A stretch of DNA of 63,953 nt, counting the filler, from Octopus bimaculoides (Eukaryota), in NCBI RefSeq assembly GCF_001194135.2. It is 5 parts of 5 records of this genome, joined end to end, with 100 filler letters (N's around TTAATTAATTAA, not from the genome) between each part and the next. Parts side by side here need not be neighbours in the genome. Positions count along the whole stretch, not along the records: positions 23,079 to 44,975 come from NC_068984.1; 4 more parts are not named here. One strand, written 5' to 3'. Under the pieces are notes generated by a model. That model saw only the letters and a program-made list of their open reading frames with translations, was not told the DNA's origin and made no database searches. Shown piece after piece: positions 26,090-38,830 of the stretch; within the stretch, counting starts at the first letter, position 1, and every line of letters starts with the position of its first letter. The position numbers and the translations under genes were made by a program.

Positions 26090-26262
26090 GTTATTGAGTG
26101 AGAGAGCAGTGCATGTCATCAAAGTGACACTGGGGTGAAATATACGAAGCCCAGTATACCCATCATGACTACCCGTCTGATAAGGGTACACCAGGCACAT
26201 GCATCACAACCATATGTGCGCGACATGGTGATTATTATTATTATTATTATTATCATTATTAT

Positions 26263-26480
26263 TAAGGTAGCAAACTGGCAGAATTATTAGCACACCAGTT
26301 AAAATGCTTAGCAATATTTCATCTGTTGCTACATTCTGAGTTCAAATTCCACTGAGGTTAACTTTGTCTTTCACCTTCTTGGGGCCAATAAATTAAGTAC
26401 CAGTCAAGTACTGGGTTCGGGGTGATCAACCAGTCTCTTCCCTACAAATTCCAGGCCTTGCGCCTATAGTAGAAAGGATT
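26263..26480 (+). mobile_element. SINE family B, near full-length, flanked by (ATT)n
   Basis: aaggtagcaaactggcagaatt...gagttcaaattcc (B box)...ggccttgcgcctatagtagaaagg attattatt. Confidence 0.9.
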
Positions 26481-26489
26481 ATTATTATT

Positions 26490-26835
26490 GTTGTTGTTGT
26501 TTTACTTCTCTGAGTGTTCGGTCTTGTTTGCTCCTGTTGATTCTGTGAGAGCGGACAGCAGTCTGTTGTTAGAGGTCCTACAAGGTCTCTCTCTGCACAT
26601 TATAAGTTTTGATACTTGGCTGTTAATTATTGTGGAAGAGATTAAACATCCAAGTACCAATCACAAAATCCTAGCTGTTCCCAGCAGATCAGTTTTGGGG
26701 GCTTGCTCTGCTCTCATGTCAATTCTAGTTTCTTTGACTTATTTCTCGAAATTCGTTGTTAGTGCTTCAAGTACTCCTACAACTACTAGGATGACAGACA
26801 CTCTCCTCATAATAACAATAGTAATCCTGTAAGTG
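26490..26835 (-). mobile_element. R4/Dong-like non-LTR retrotransposon, 3' end and UTR
   Basis: Minus strand: MRRVSVILVVVGVLEALTTNFEK*VKE.RIDMRAEQAPKTDLLGTARIL*LVLG; tail aacaacaacaataataat. Confidence 0.85.
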
Positions 26836-26859
26836 ATGAAAAGTGGAACAGCTGTTGGG

Positions 26860-27175
26860 AGGTGGTTGCAGATTTATCAGGGTGCCAAGAGCTCTTTCCC
26901 ATCCCAGTTATGAAAAACTGGACATTATAATCTGGTGTGAAAGAAGGAAAGTGGTGAATCTATTCGAGTTAAAGGTTCCTCATGAAAATAACATGGACGC
27001 TGCTCGGGCTCGAAAGAGTGACCGTTATGTAAACCTCCTCATGGAATGTGAAGATGCAAGCTGGAAAGCAAAACATTTTCCAAGTGAAGTCAGATGTAGA
27101 GGATTTGTTGGACACAGTGTGAGGCGGCTGTTGTTATCGTTAGGCCTAACTCATCGTAAAGTGTTGGGGGATAAT
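26860..27175 (+). mobile_element. Hero-like non-LTR retrotransposon, restriction-like endonuclease fragment
   Basis: KLDIIIWCERRKVVNLFELKVPHENNMDAARARKSDRY..CEDASWKA.HFPSEVRCRGFV matches the PDIVLW..ELTVP.E.N..RK..Y..EVGCRGF pattern. Confidence 0.75.
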
Positions 27176-27256
27176 CAACTACATTGACTACAGTACTCAA
27201 CTGGTACTTATTTTATCTATCCTGAATGGATGGAAAGCAAAGTCAATAATGACAAT

Positions 27257-27482
27257 CTTTTCTATTATAGGCACAAGGCCTGAAATTTTGTGTGGAGAAA
27301 ATAGCTGATTACATCGACCCCAGTGTTTCACTGGTACTTAATTTATTTAATTTATTGACCCCCCAAAAGGATAAAAAGCAAAGTTGACCTCAGCAGAATT
27401 TGAACTCAGAACATGAAGACAGACTAAATCCTGCCAAACATTTTGCCTGGTGTGCTAACGATCCTGCCAGCTCACCACCTTA
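27257..27482 (-). mobile_element. SINE family B, full-length
   Basis: aatcttttctattataggcacaagg...gaatttgaactcagaac...ctgccagctcaccacctt. Confidence 0.9.
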
Positions 27483-27519
27483 ATAACAACAACAACAATG
27501 ATAATGATGATGGTGGTGG

Positions 27520-27735
27520 TCTCTCCCATTGAAGACAATGTGTGAGTCTTCAGCTTTTGCCTAACGAGCTGCACAAATGATATGTTTATAGTGATCAAAT
27601 GTATGTCCTGCTCATTAGCTCACTCTCTCTCCATCAAACTGACGTTGCCTGAACAGGTGCATGATGTGCCACGCATCAGGTGTCAAAGTGATCACGGAGC
27701 AACATGAGATGAGGTGTTTCACTCAAGAACACAAG
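27520..27735 (-). mobile_element. SINE-like repeat fragment (family E related)
   Basis: gagcaacatgagatgaggtgtttcactcaagaacac resembles 43465-43505. Confidence 0.5.
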
Positions 27736-27744
27736 AGCATTGGT

Positions 27745-28359
27745 GCTTAACCGATACTTATTTTATCAATCTTGAAAAGGTGAAAACCAAAGTCATCTTC
27801 AATAGAATATGAAGTTTGAACGTAAAGCCACAAGAAATGGATTTTAAACATCTTGTCCAGTGTACTCATGATTCTGCTGATTCATTTCCTTTAAATTTTT
27901 TCTGCTATAGGCACAAAGCTTGAAATTTTAGGGAATGTGGATAGTCGATTACATCAACCTCAGTGCTCACCTGGTGCTTTATTTTATTCACTCCGAAAAA
28001 AATGAAAGGCAACATTGACCTTAGCAGAGTTTGAACTCAGAACATAATGTTGGAAGAAATGCTACTAAGCATTTTATCCAGTGTGCTAACAATTCTGCCA
28101 GCTCGCCACCTTAATAATACTAATAATAAGCCTTTCTTCTATAGGAACAAGGCCTGAAACTCTGGGGCAAGGGAGGGCTAGTCAATTACATCAACCCTAG
28201 TGCATAACTGGTACTTATTTCACCAATCCCGAAAGGATGAAAATCAAAGTTGAGTTTGGCAGAATTTGAACTCAGAACATAAGGAAGGATGAAATGCTGC
28301 TAAGCATTTTTGTCCAGCATTCTAATGATTCTGCCAGCTCATCATCTTGTCAATAATTC

Positions 28360-28395
<36 letters not shown>

Positions 28396-28570
28396 TGTTT
28401 CAAATTTTGGCATAAGACCAGCATTATTTTTTCTTTTATATACGGGATTAGTTGAGTACATTGGCCCCAGGACTTTACTTGTACTTTATTTTATCAACCC
28501 CCAAAAGAATGAAGGGTGATGCTGACCTTAACAATATTTGAACAGAGAATGTAAAGAGCTGGAACAAATG
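27745..28570 (-). mobile_element. four further co-oriented SINE family B copies (about 27745-27890, 27900-28112, 28132-28343, 28395-28570)
   Basis: Each carries tacttattttatc..gaaaggatgaa..tttgaactcagaac..ttctgccagctc; some are separated by (AAT)n. Confidence 0.8.
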
Positions 28571-30534
28571 CTATAAAAATAGCTATAAATTAAGGTAGTG
28601 AGAGGTTCAGTTCATTTACTAAGCATTAATTTTTAACTTTGGTAAACTAGTCTGCTGAAGCACAGAGCTCTTACGTAATCACCAGTGTAGTGAAGAATGA
28701 GATGATTTCCAAATAATACCTGTCATATAAGTGATTGACATTTATATACTCTATTGTCAGAGACAAATGAACAGATTAATGTTTGCTGTCATGGATAAGT
28801 GCATGTAAAATTTATACTGCTGACAGTGGTGATGATGATGATGATGATGAGAAGAAAGACTTGTAGGTACAAGGAATATATTGACGTTGTCAATGATGAT
28901 GACTAGGAGAAAGAGAATGTAAAAGATGATATTCTACATTTTGTTTGCTTGTTTGTGTGCAGGTGTATATGTGTGCATGTGTGTTGTATGCAAATGTGAA
29001 CAATAAAACAAAGTGAAACAACAAGACAACAGGTGGAAAAGAGAAACTGAAACAGAAAGTGAGGGGGAGAGAGAGAGATAGGGAAGGAAGAGAGGGAGAG
29101 AGATAAGAAGAGGAGAGAGAAAGAGAGAAGTGGGGTAGAATAAAATACCAGAATAAAAATAGTATGAAAGCATGAATAAGAAGGCAAGAGAGAGTATATA
29201 ATACACAATTTTATTTTGTTTTTTGGCTTTTATAAAGCCACTCACATTCGTTAATTGCTTGCTTAGATATGTTTTTATTTCCCTCAACAGAAAGTATCCA
29301 GAGTAAAGGTAAAAATCATGGAAGATGAACTAAAACTTTATGATTTCCTTTTCCAAAGTAAGACCAATCTTTCTATCAATATCTGTAGTAGATCTGAAAA
29401 TGTAACTGTCAGTTGTCTAAATTCTGTCAACATTTACAGAAATAGCTTCATGTAACATACAAAATATATCATAGTATAGCAATTCATTTGTCTTTTCTAA
29501 GTAAATTTTATGTCATTTTCTTATATGTTTTGTTTTCATTGTCTGGTTCAGTAACCAGTGGAATGTCTCTTTTGAAAAAGTATGTACTTTATAAAGTGTA
29601 GAACACGATGGATATGAGAAGAGCTCACTTTTCGTGACAGTTAAAGTAAACATTAAATATTTTTTCCCCAGCAGGAATTTACATAGAGATTCTTGAGAGT
29701 TATTTTTCATCATTGTGCATTATTGTATATTATATTATATTTATCATTTGCATATTTTTTCTCTATGTTCTTCAATTTTTTGTTTTATCAAACTTTTGTT
29801 TATTAACTCAAATTTATTTCACGATATTTTATAAATCCAGCATTTTTGTTATTTGAACATATTTTACTTTTATATGTGTGCTTTAAGAGATCATTGTAAA
29901 TATTACAGCTGAAAAGTACAATTTTGTTTAAAGAAAATTTAAAGAAAATTCCTCAAAATAGCAAATATTTCTTTATAAAATACTATTTCACTTTATTTAT
30001 AAGAAAGAATGAGGAGTATTGAAAATATGCAGTAGATGGCTAGAGAATTAGTAGATTAAATCCCCTGGACATGCACAGTCAATTCATAAGAAGCAATTGT
30101 GAAAGTGAAAGTAAGTGATTCAAAGAAGATTAGGGATTACACATCAATAATGATACAAGTCACCATTGTGCCAAACTATGGTAATCCTCGAGCCAATAAA
30201 AGAGCTTTGATGTCGTCACTCAGCCTGCTAGATTTGCAAATTTCATCCTACCATCTTAGGAAAAAGGGAACTATATATAGGATAATGTAGCACTAGATAT
30301 GCAATTCTTAAACTGGGAAACTCTTTCAGGATTGCAAGAGAAAATTGGGAGACTCATGTGAGAAAACTGCTTTAAGATTGAAAAATTCTTCACAATTATT
30401 TGTATTGCTTTTGTTAGATATATTTTACGTAATGTGAGTTTTAAGATGCTAATGTTGAATTCACGTAATACTGCTAATGTTATGTAATAAATAGTGATGT
30501 ATACAAAGCTACATTTCTCTTATATATTTGTCAA

Positions 30535-30715
30535 GAGAAATCCTGATGCACGATTGATTAAAGCGGGAGGAATACTAAGAGAGGTTGATATATGCTGCCC
30601 CAGATAAATTATGCCTGATAAAAGAGAGAAGTAGAGTAATGATAGCTGGAATAACTTTGATCATAAAGTGTGATGGATCACAACTTACCCTGGGCTAATC
30701 AATAACAACAATAAC
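30535..30715 (+). mobile_element. family D repeat, decayed
   Basis: atgatagctggaataactttgatcata...ccctgggctaatcaataacaacaataac. Confidence 0.45.
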
Positions 30716-33444
30716 TGGTTGTATTAAAAGTGTTGCCTGAAGTGTTCAGGAATTTGTTTTCATTGATATAAAGGTGTAATAGGAATGGATGAGGCATTCA
30801 GAATAAAAGGTGCTTATTATAATAGACGAAAGAAACCAAAGTGTTAGGTGGTGAGGTTAGTTCTGAAAATGCTAAGCATCAGATAACGACATAGTGCCAA
30901 GCAGTAAAGAATCTGATATTTTTATTCAACAATTGGCTTATTCTTCATTGAAATTACAACTACATGTCTCAGTGTAAATGGCTCTTCAAGCAAATAGTTC
31001 TAATCTACTTTTATCCTTTGATGGCTGAGATAACAATGATGAAGAAAAAAAAATTGCTTTCTTGATGTTACAGCTTAGAAGAACCAGTTATGGTGAAACT
31101 ATTAGCTGCAATGTCAATATAGGCACATAAAATGTACTGCACATTTTATCAATTTGCACAGAAAAATTGATATCAAAATGAGAAAAATAATCCTGTCATT
31201 TGGAATTATATTTACTTTATAATTTTAATAGTCTTCCTATTAATATTAACATAAAACTATATCTTATGACATAAATTCTCAAAATACATGTTGTTTTAAC
31301 TTTCATTCTAATTCAGTATTTGACTGACATGTTTTACCATGAGCAGTCTATTCTGTTTAAGATTTTTAGACATATATACTAATATTAGTCTCTAACTTAG
31401 ATATCAAGCCAAACATATTTCATGGGCGGGTACTAGCTTGATTAAACTGACTCCAGTTTTTAACTAGTACTTATTTTATCAAGAGTGAGAAATAAGTAAA
31501 TTTCAGTAGGATGGATTCAAATTCAAAACATAAAGATGCAAATAATTTATGAAAGTATTGTGTGTCACTCTTCTAATTCTGCCTTATCAACCAGTTTCTA
31601 GTTATATCCTGTCAGGTAAGGATTTTTTGTCATCCTTTTATCCTGGATGAAAGAACACCTGGAATGAAAAATGGTAATAAGGAGTGATGTTCACACGCTA
31701 AAGCATCATTGGAAGATAGCATTATTTGACCAACATTTACATATATGACAGATACCTGTTCTCTATCAATGAATATTATTCAGTAAAAATCATGTTTTAT
31801 TCATGAGACATTCATGATCTAATACAGTCTTCAAATATTTAGGAGTATGTTCTTGTTCATAATTCTGCTCAGGGATTCAGTTTCTTCATCAAGTTCCAAA
31901 CTGAATCCTGAATGATAACATGGTAGACTCTGAACATTCCCACTAGTTTACAATATATAGTTCAGTTCTCACGATCATTATGGAGAGAAAAAATCCTGAT
32001 GGCTCACTACATGCCAATGGATGTCCTCCTATGTGGTACTTCAGTTTGCTAGAAACAGCAGTCAAATCAAATCTTCTTTAAAACTTCAAGCTGATTATTT
32101 TGTAAAAAGAATGGTACATATAAGATAACATAGTTCAAGATATGTAACCACAGAAAAAAAGGCTAAGCTGTTGATAGCTAAAGACGTAAGATCTTATGTC
32201 TATTCATTGAAAGTAGATGTTGAGCCAGACAGTGACAACAACAATATTCCTAATGCAAACTGTATTATGATGCATTTAATTGAATCTGCAGTAAGGCAGA
32301 ACTAAGTCCCACTTTTAAATATTGGTTACATTGATTTGCAGCAAATGTAACCTGTTTTCATTTTATTTCGGATACACTTCAAGTTAAGGTAGACAAAACT
32401 ATATTTTTGAGTAGTCTTGTAAATTTACCTGTTTAAATTGAAACAACGAGGGAGCCTCTATGTAATTTGCTTAATCTGCAATAAATAAATTTGACTGCCA
32501 TAAACAGCAATCATATCTTCCTCAAACCACAATTAACTATCTTACAAAAGAGGCTTTATATATAAAATTAAATAGGATAATGTAGTTCTATACATTCTGT
32601 GGTTGAAAATAAAATGTGATGGGCATGTTTAGGATACCTTTGGTTGTAGGTTGTTTTGTTTTTTTTTCAATGAGAGCCAAAGTTAATGAGGTAGTTTTTA
32701 CATATTTGTTGAACATGCTAAACATAGCAGCAAAATCTTGTTCAAATCACAAAATAATGAGGGAAGAAGGAATTTAATAAAAAGGATGTGTTGGTCATAA
32801 TTGGAATACCTTTGATGAGAAGCTTGCTTGATTAGGACTAATTTGAGGATGAACAACAATAACAACCTATTTAATATTTAAATTGATGGCATTAATTTAA
32901 TTAATTATTTCCAAATTTGTACTGAGTTTAATTCAAACCTCTCAAGATATTAGGAAGCAATATATAGGAGGAATACAATTAAGACATTTCTATTAAATTT
33001 AGTTTCCTAAACAATTGAGAGGCAACACATAATTAATGGTGGTTGCCATCTTGATCAGTTGCTTAATTTGAAAACATTGAATAAGGGATTTGCTCTCAGC
33101 AGCTGAATAGAAATACATTTGTAAAGGGGCTTGCATGTGGTTGTAGAAACTGCTTATTGCTACCCTTCAGTAACAACAGTTACTACAACAAAAAGAAAAA
33201 CAACCAGGAAGCAGAAACATTGTTGCTTGATGTCTTAGAAACAATGTTCTAAATTCTCTCAAATCATATCTTACGCTCGTGAAAATAAGGCGCATAAAAC
33301 AGCGTAGTCTCACAGTTATAAAAGACAGGGATGGTCATGTTCAGAACATCAGCTGTCATCAATCATTGATCTACTCAAGGCTGAATTAGGATCCTGTAGT
33401 TTAGCAGTTCACACTCTACTAATTAAGCGAAGGGAGGAAACTTT

Positions 33445-33670
33445 AAATGTTGGTTTCAAATTTTTGCCACAAAGTCAGCAATTTCTGGGGAGGGGATTAG
33501 TTGATCACAATGAGCCCCCACCCATCCCCACCAGTGCTCTACTGGTATGTATTTTATCAACCCTAAAAGGATGAAAGGCAAAGTTTATCTCAATGGAATT
33601 TGAGCTCAGAAAGTAGATGGACGAAATGCCACTAAGAATTTCACCTGGCATGCTAACGATTCTGCCAGGT
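33445..33670 (-). mobile_element. SINE family B
   Basis: ggtttcaaatttttgccacaaagtcagca...tattttatcaaccctaaaaggatgaaaggcaaag...ttctgccag. Confidence 0.8.
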
Positions 33671-34099
33671 ATATAAGATGACAATTGGGATAGTCTCATC
33701 ATAACTGGAACAACATTTCTCCATAGATTTGTTCAGTAAGACTTGACCTAGGGTTAAGCAATATCAACTAGAACAATATCTTAGAAGTATTTTATTTATT
33801 TATTTTTTTATTATATACAACCATATTTTCTGTGTCAAATGTTGTTTTTATGTGTAAAACAATGAATGTAACATTTCTGCTTTAACTTTTTTCTTTATCA
33901 ATAAAATTGTGTTGAGTCTCCACTTTGAATAATTGATCAGTTCTAGGTTGATTAGTTGGTTTGAAAGTTGTAGAAAACCTAATCTGCCAAAGAAAAAACA
34001 AACAAACAGAGAAACAAATAAAAAAGAAAACATCTAAAATGATCAATGTTTTCACTTTTTATTTGATTTTATTTCACTTCCTTTATTTCTTCTTCATTC

Positions 34100-34333
34100 T
34101 TGTTATTACAATTATTATTATTATCATTATTATTATTTTTATTATTATTATTATTATTATCGCTATTTTAATAAGTATCTAATTGAATTGCAAAACAACC
34201 TTAAATTTGTTTCTTATTTTACAGATTTGCTCGAAACAAATGTTAGAACCAAAATTTCAATTTGTTATCCGACACCAGAACAGAGTACCAAAACAAAAAC
34301 AAAAAAAACCCGCAACAAATACACACACTCACT

Positions 34334-34395
<62 letters not shown>
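34100..34395. repeat. (ATT)n and (CA)n microsatellites
   Basis: Direct. Confidence 0.95.
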
Positions 34396-35364
34396 TATCG
34401 GTACGTACATACCATATGTATGTATGTCTAATAAAAAGTACATCAATAGTAAAAAAAACCAATTAATCAGTGTAGAAATGTATTCATACAGTTGTTTTAG
34501 TCAAAGTTTGCTTAATAATTAATACATTAGCCGCTAAATGCGATTTCAAATTCTTAAACTGGAATGTTTGATGATGGTGCTATTGTAGACTCAGGAGCCA
34601 AATGCAAGAGTAAAGTAAAAAGACCTTGCATTAGATGAAGCATATTAGAACGGCAAACTAATATTATCATAAACTTCAAAAGACTATGATTATTTTTTTT
34701 ATTTATCTGATAATTATTCAACACATAATCATAGACATATATATGCATACACACACACAGGTACATACAGACACACACAGGTACATACAGCCACACACAG
34801 ACAGACACATTCAAACAAACATAAACTTGCAAGCACACAAACTAATACTACATTCATGCCACTGAAAATAGAATACTAATTCAACTTGCCAAACAAGTTC
34901 AACAACAACGACAGAGTGCAATGAGCAAGACAAGCAGTGGTAGAGTGTTTACTTTCGTTTCAGCAGCCACTGCAATTAAACACTGAAGGGTCGATAAAAT
35001 AAGTGCCAGTTATATATTTGATGAAGTCGATTAAACAAACTTTCCTTGTACCAAAATTGGCACTACGCCAAGTCAAAAGACATCAATCTTTTCTGTTTCT
35101 TTTTCTTTTTTCTTTTTTTACTAAATAGTTGAATTGCAAAAAAGACAGACTGTCTCAAAGTAGTGAATATATTTTTTGTACATAACAAACAAAAACAAAA
35201 TTAAAAACAAAAAATTTTTAAAAAGAGGTAAGGGAAATAACTCAAGTGAGCTAATGGATTCATCATCATAGTTGTCAACTGTGTAGTTTCTATACTTATC
35301 TTGTCATTTTTTAATACAAAATTAAGGTCTTGGGTTTGGATCTTATATATATATTTATATTATA

Positions 35365-35525
35365 AGTGCAGGTGTAGCTGTGTGGTAAAAAGTTTGCCTC
35401 CCAACCACATGGTTCCAGGTTTAGTCCTACTGTGTGACACCTTGGACAAGAGTTTTATACTCTGGTCTTGGGCCAACCAAAACCTTGTGGGTAGATTTAG
35501 TAGATGGAAACTAAAAGAAGCCCAC
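35365..35525 (+). mobile_element. SINE family A, 5' half
   Basis: gtgcaggtgtagctgtgtggtaaaaagtttgc...ccaaaaccttgtggg...ctaaaagaagccc. Confidence 0.8.
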
Positions 35526-35749
35526 TATATGTATATATATATATCCTTTCCTCATCTTCCTCCTTCTAGTCTTTTTCTTCATGTTTTCTCATAGACCAGT
35601 GCCCTGGTTTTCAAATAGGTCTAATGGCATGCACTGAGCTTGAAGGATTGCTCGGAGGCACATGGCATGCAATATAAATCTGCTAGATTATTATCTCTTG
35701 GGCATTAAACTATTAATATCTCTCTTTTAAATACTGTGTATATTAAATG

Positions 35750-35780
<31 letters not shown>

Positions 35781-35811
35781 TGTATGTATGTGCACGAGGG
35801 TGGTGTTCACT

Positions 35812-36003
35812 GTGCCTCTGTTTGACAACCAGTGTTGGTGTATTTACATACCATAACTTAGCAGTTGAAAAAAAGAGACTGATAAAATAGGCATGGAAAA
35901 AGAAAATTAGAATAAGTATGGGTGTCGATTTGTTTGACTAAAATTCTTTAAAGCAGTGCCCCAGCATGGCCACAGTCTAATGATTGAAACAAGTAAAAGA
36001 TAT
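35812..36003 (+). mobile_element. SINE family A, 3' half
   Basis: ttgacaaccagtgttggtg...ccccagcatggccacagtctaatgattgaaacaagtaaaaga. Confidence 0.8.
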
Positions 36004-36081
36004 AAGATAGACCACCTGGAGGTTGCTATTTCACTGCAATGGTGGCCTAAGATTTTGAATCTAAACAGTTAAAGATGGAGT

Positions 36082-36470
36082 TGTTGTTGTTGTTGGCACT
36101 CCGTTGCTTACGACGTCAAGGGTTCCAGTTGATCCGATCAACGGAATAGCCTGCTCGTGAAATTAATGTGCAAGTGGCTGAGCACTCCACAGACACGTGT
36201 GCCCTTAACGTAGTTCTTGGGGATATTCAGCGTGACACAGTGTGACAAGGCTGACCCTTGGAATTACAGGCACAGCAGAAACAGGAAGTAAGAGTGAGAG
36301 AAACTTGTGGTAAAAGAGTACAGCAGGGTTCGCCACCATCCCTTGCTGGAGCCTTGTGGAGCTTTAGGTGCTTTCGCTCAATAAACACTCACAACGCCCA
36401 GTCTGGGAATCGAAACCGTGATCCTATGACCGTGAGTCCACTGCCCTAACTACTGGGCCATTGCGTCTCC
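36082..36470 (-). mobile_element. SINE family C, full-length, with 12-bp TSD
   Basis: taaagatggagt at 36070-36081 and 36471-36482; (GTT)n tail on the left, tRNA-like head with A/B boxes on the right. Confidence 0.95.
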
Positions 36471-36632
36471 TAAAGATGGAGTAGATACTGCTAATCATTT
36501 TCTATCTTGGACCGATGCATTATTTATCGACCTTGACAGGATGAGGGGCAAAGCTGACTCAGTAGGACTTAAACACAAAAGGATTTAATCCAATATTCCT
36601 TTAATTCAATAAGCTGAATTCCTACATACAGA

Positions 36633-36744
36633 TATAGGTGCAGGAAGGGTTGTGCTGTGGAGAAGCTTCACAAAGATATGCTTGAGTTCTGAGTTCAGTC
36701 CCATTGCATGGCACCTTGGGCAAGTATCTTTTACTATAGCCCTT
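36633..36744 (+). mobile_element. SINE family A head
   Basis: gagttcagtcccattgcatggcaccttgggcaagtatcttttactatagcc. Confidence 0.75.
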
Positions 36745-37329
36745 GCTGTATCTGGGTTTTGAAGGTATGTAACCTAGCAAGTCCAGGCGATAATATATGC
36801 TCCTGAGCTCAGCAGAAAATGAGTACCAGCAAGGTTCTAGTGCAGCTCTCTTTACCTTCAGCTGTCCCATCCTTGATCTTCCACTAAGTCAGTCAGTGGG
36901 GGTGCTGAGAGTGCATTTATGTTACTTTGTGGCAGCATAAATATGTAAAAAGAATTAGCAAAAGCATGGTGCAGGCTACCAGATCATACTCACTTATGAG
37001 TGACAGCTTTAGTTTTTTTGGTTTGGTTTTGACAGCCAATTTGTTCAAGTAACATATGTGTTTCTCTCCTTTTAGATCTCATCAGTGAAACATATTAAAG
37101 TTAACTGGCAAGACTGAAGGGTTTCAGAATAAAAAGAAATAGAAGGAATGTAATGATACTGATTATGAGTATCAACAACATAGATATAGAAAAAAGTATC
37201 TGTGGAACATTTGATATCCTAAATACAAGGTCTGGCTACTCAGAACTGAACTAGGGTGAAACATTATGAATGACAACAACATGAATGACAATTATGTGAA
37301 AAGCAGTAAACCCTATGATCTCTGTAATA

Positions 37330-37545
37330 ATCCTTTCTACAGACGGCACAAGGCATGAAATTTTGGTGGGAGGTGACTAGTTGATTACATTGACTCCAGT
37401 GTTTCACTGGAGCCTATTTTGTTAACCCCAAAAGGATGAAAGACAAAGTCGAACTTGGCAGAATTTGATCTCAGAATGTAAGGATGGACGAAATGCCACT
37501 AAACATTTTGCTCAGCGTGTTAAAAATTCTGCCAGCTCACCACCT
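37330..37545 (-). mobile_element. SINE family B
   Basis: aatcctttctacagacggcacaaggcatgaaattttg...ttctgccagctcaccacctt. Confidence 0.85.
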
Positions 37546-37614
37546 TAATGATCTTTGTAACAATGATAGCAGTTTGATTATCCAAGATAACTGGCAAACA
37601 AAAGCTCTTTCTAA

Positions 37615-37850
37615 GAGGTGTTTATCTCTTTTGATGTCAAACCAACTGAGACTGCCCTTAGTTTTATAATACAAATTACTGGTTTTGAGATAATCTAAAT
37701 TAAAATCTGCCATCAAAATTTGTTAATTCATGTTCTAAAAACCAACTGAATAATGACAATATTATTTTATTAAATTCTTCATTATTTCCAAATTAATTGA
37801 AAGAAAGGCAGTGTATTTCAGCAGAAAGATGATAACAAAAGGATACAAAT
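37615..37850. mobile_element. decayed non-autonomous DNA element, possibly piggyBac-like
   Basis: Weak inverted ends (ctttttgatg / ataacaaaagg) around an AT-rich core; the family assignment is from recall only. Confidence 0.35.
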
Positions 37851-38454
37851 CTAAAAAAATATATATACAAGCAAAGGAGGTAACTCTAATAAGATCACCT
37901 GATCACAGAGGATTTTGTTCTATATTGTCGCTCAACCTGCTACTAAAAAAAGGTGTAATATTATTCTCAAGTCACAGCTGACATTAATAAAAAAGAAATA
38001 AGATGCATGGGGAGAATGCTGTCCTAGTTACACTATGTCTAATAAAAAATTGAAATGGTCACTGCATAAGTCTGATAGCTCAGAGCTGAACTGGTACTAA
38101 TAAATATGTATTAGTGATAAAGGTAATATTAATACTGAGAGGTAAAAAGAGAACATCCACTTTTAAATGAGAATAAATATTACCTCTTGGACTAATAAAA
38201 TAATGACAAGAATTTTTAGAGTAGACAGTGAACCTGTGGAGTTTAATCATGTGCTCCCAGAGCAGTATATATTCTCAGAGTGAAGTACATAATGAAACTG
38301 CACTGCTGCATCTATTTTAGATATAGTAATAGAAGCTTTGCAGATAACTAACTTCTTAATGTGAGATAGATATAACACTTACTCCTAGAAAATTATTTTA
38401 AAGACATACAGGCATTATTGTGTGTCTTAGATGTTTGCATTATAATGTTAACTT

Positions 38455-38830
38455 TTCAACCACTGGATTTTTGGTTCAGTCCTACCGTGTGGCACCTTTG
38501 GCAAGTTTTTCTACTATAGGCCCAGACTGAACAAAGCCTCATGAGTGGGTCTGAAAGATGGATATGCAAAGAAGCTCATTCTATATGTGTATTTGTGTGT
38601 GCGCATGTATTTGTGTGTGTATCTCCTTGCCTCAGCATTGTGTAACTGTTGTAAAACAGGCATCACCATCATGCAATTGCTAGCCTTTATTTCCAATTTC
38701 CTGTAAAGATATGTTTGGCCATGAGGTAATATTACTTTGGTAAGGAAGAAGGGGTAATAGGAAGGGCATCAGGCCATAGAAAATCTGCTTCCATGAATTC
38801 CATCTACTCCATGAAAGGAAAAAATAATTT
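38455..38830 (+). mobile_element. SINE with family A head and RTE-like 3' tail
   Basis: Head ggttcagtcctaccgtgtggcacctttggcaag; tail gaagggcatcaggccatagaaaatc...ccatctactccatg, followed by (GAT)n. Confidence 0.65.

Noticed and set aside
38220-38345. Apparent exon RVDSEPVEFNHVLPEQYIFSE
   Set aside because: The continuation resembles the decayed RT motif GVHQGS.LSPLLF.IV.EAL, so an old LINE remnant is more likely.
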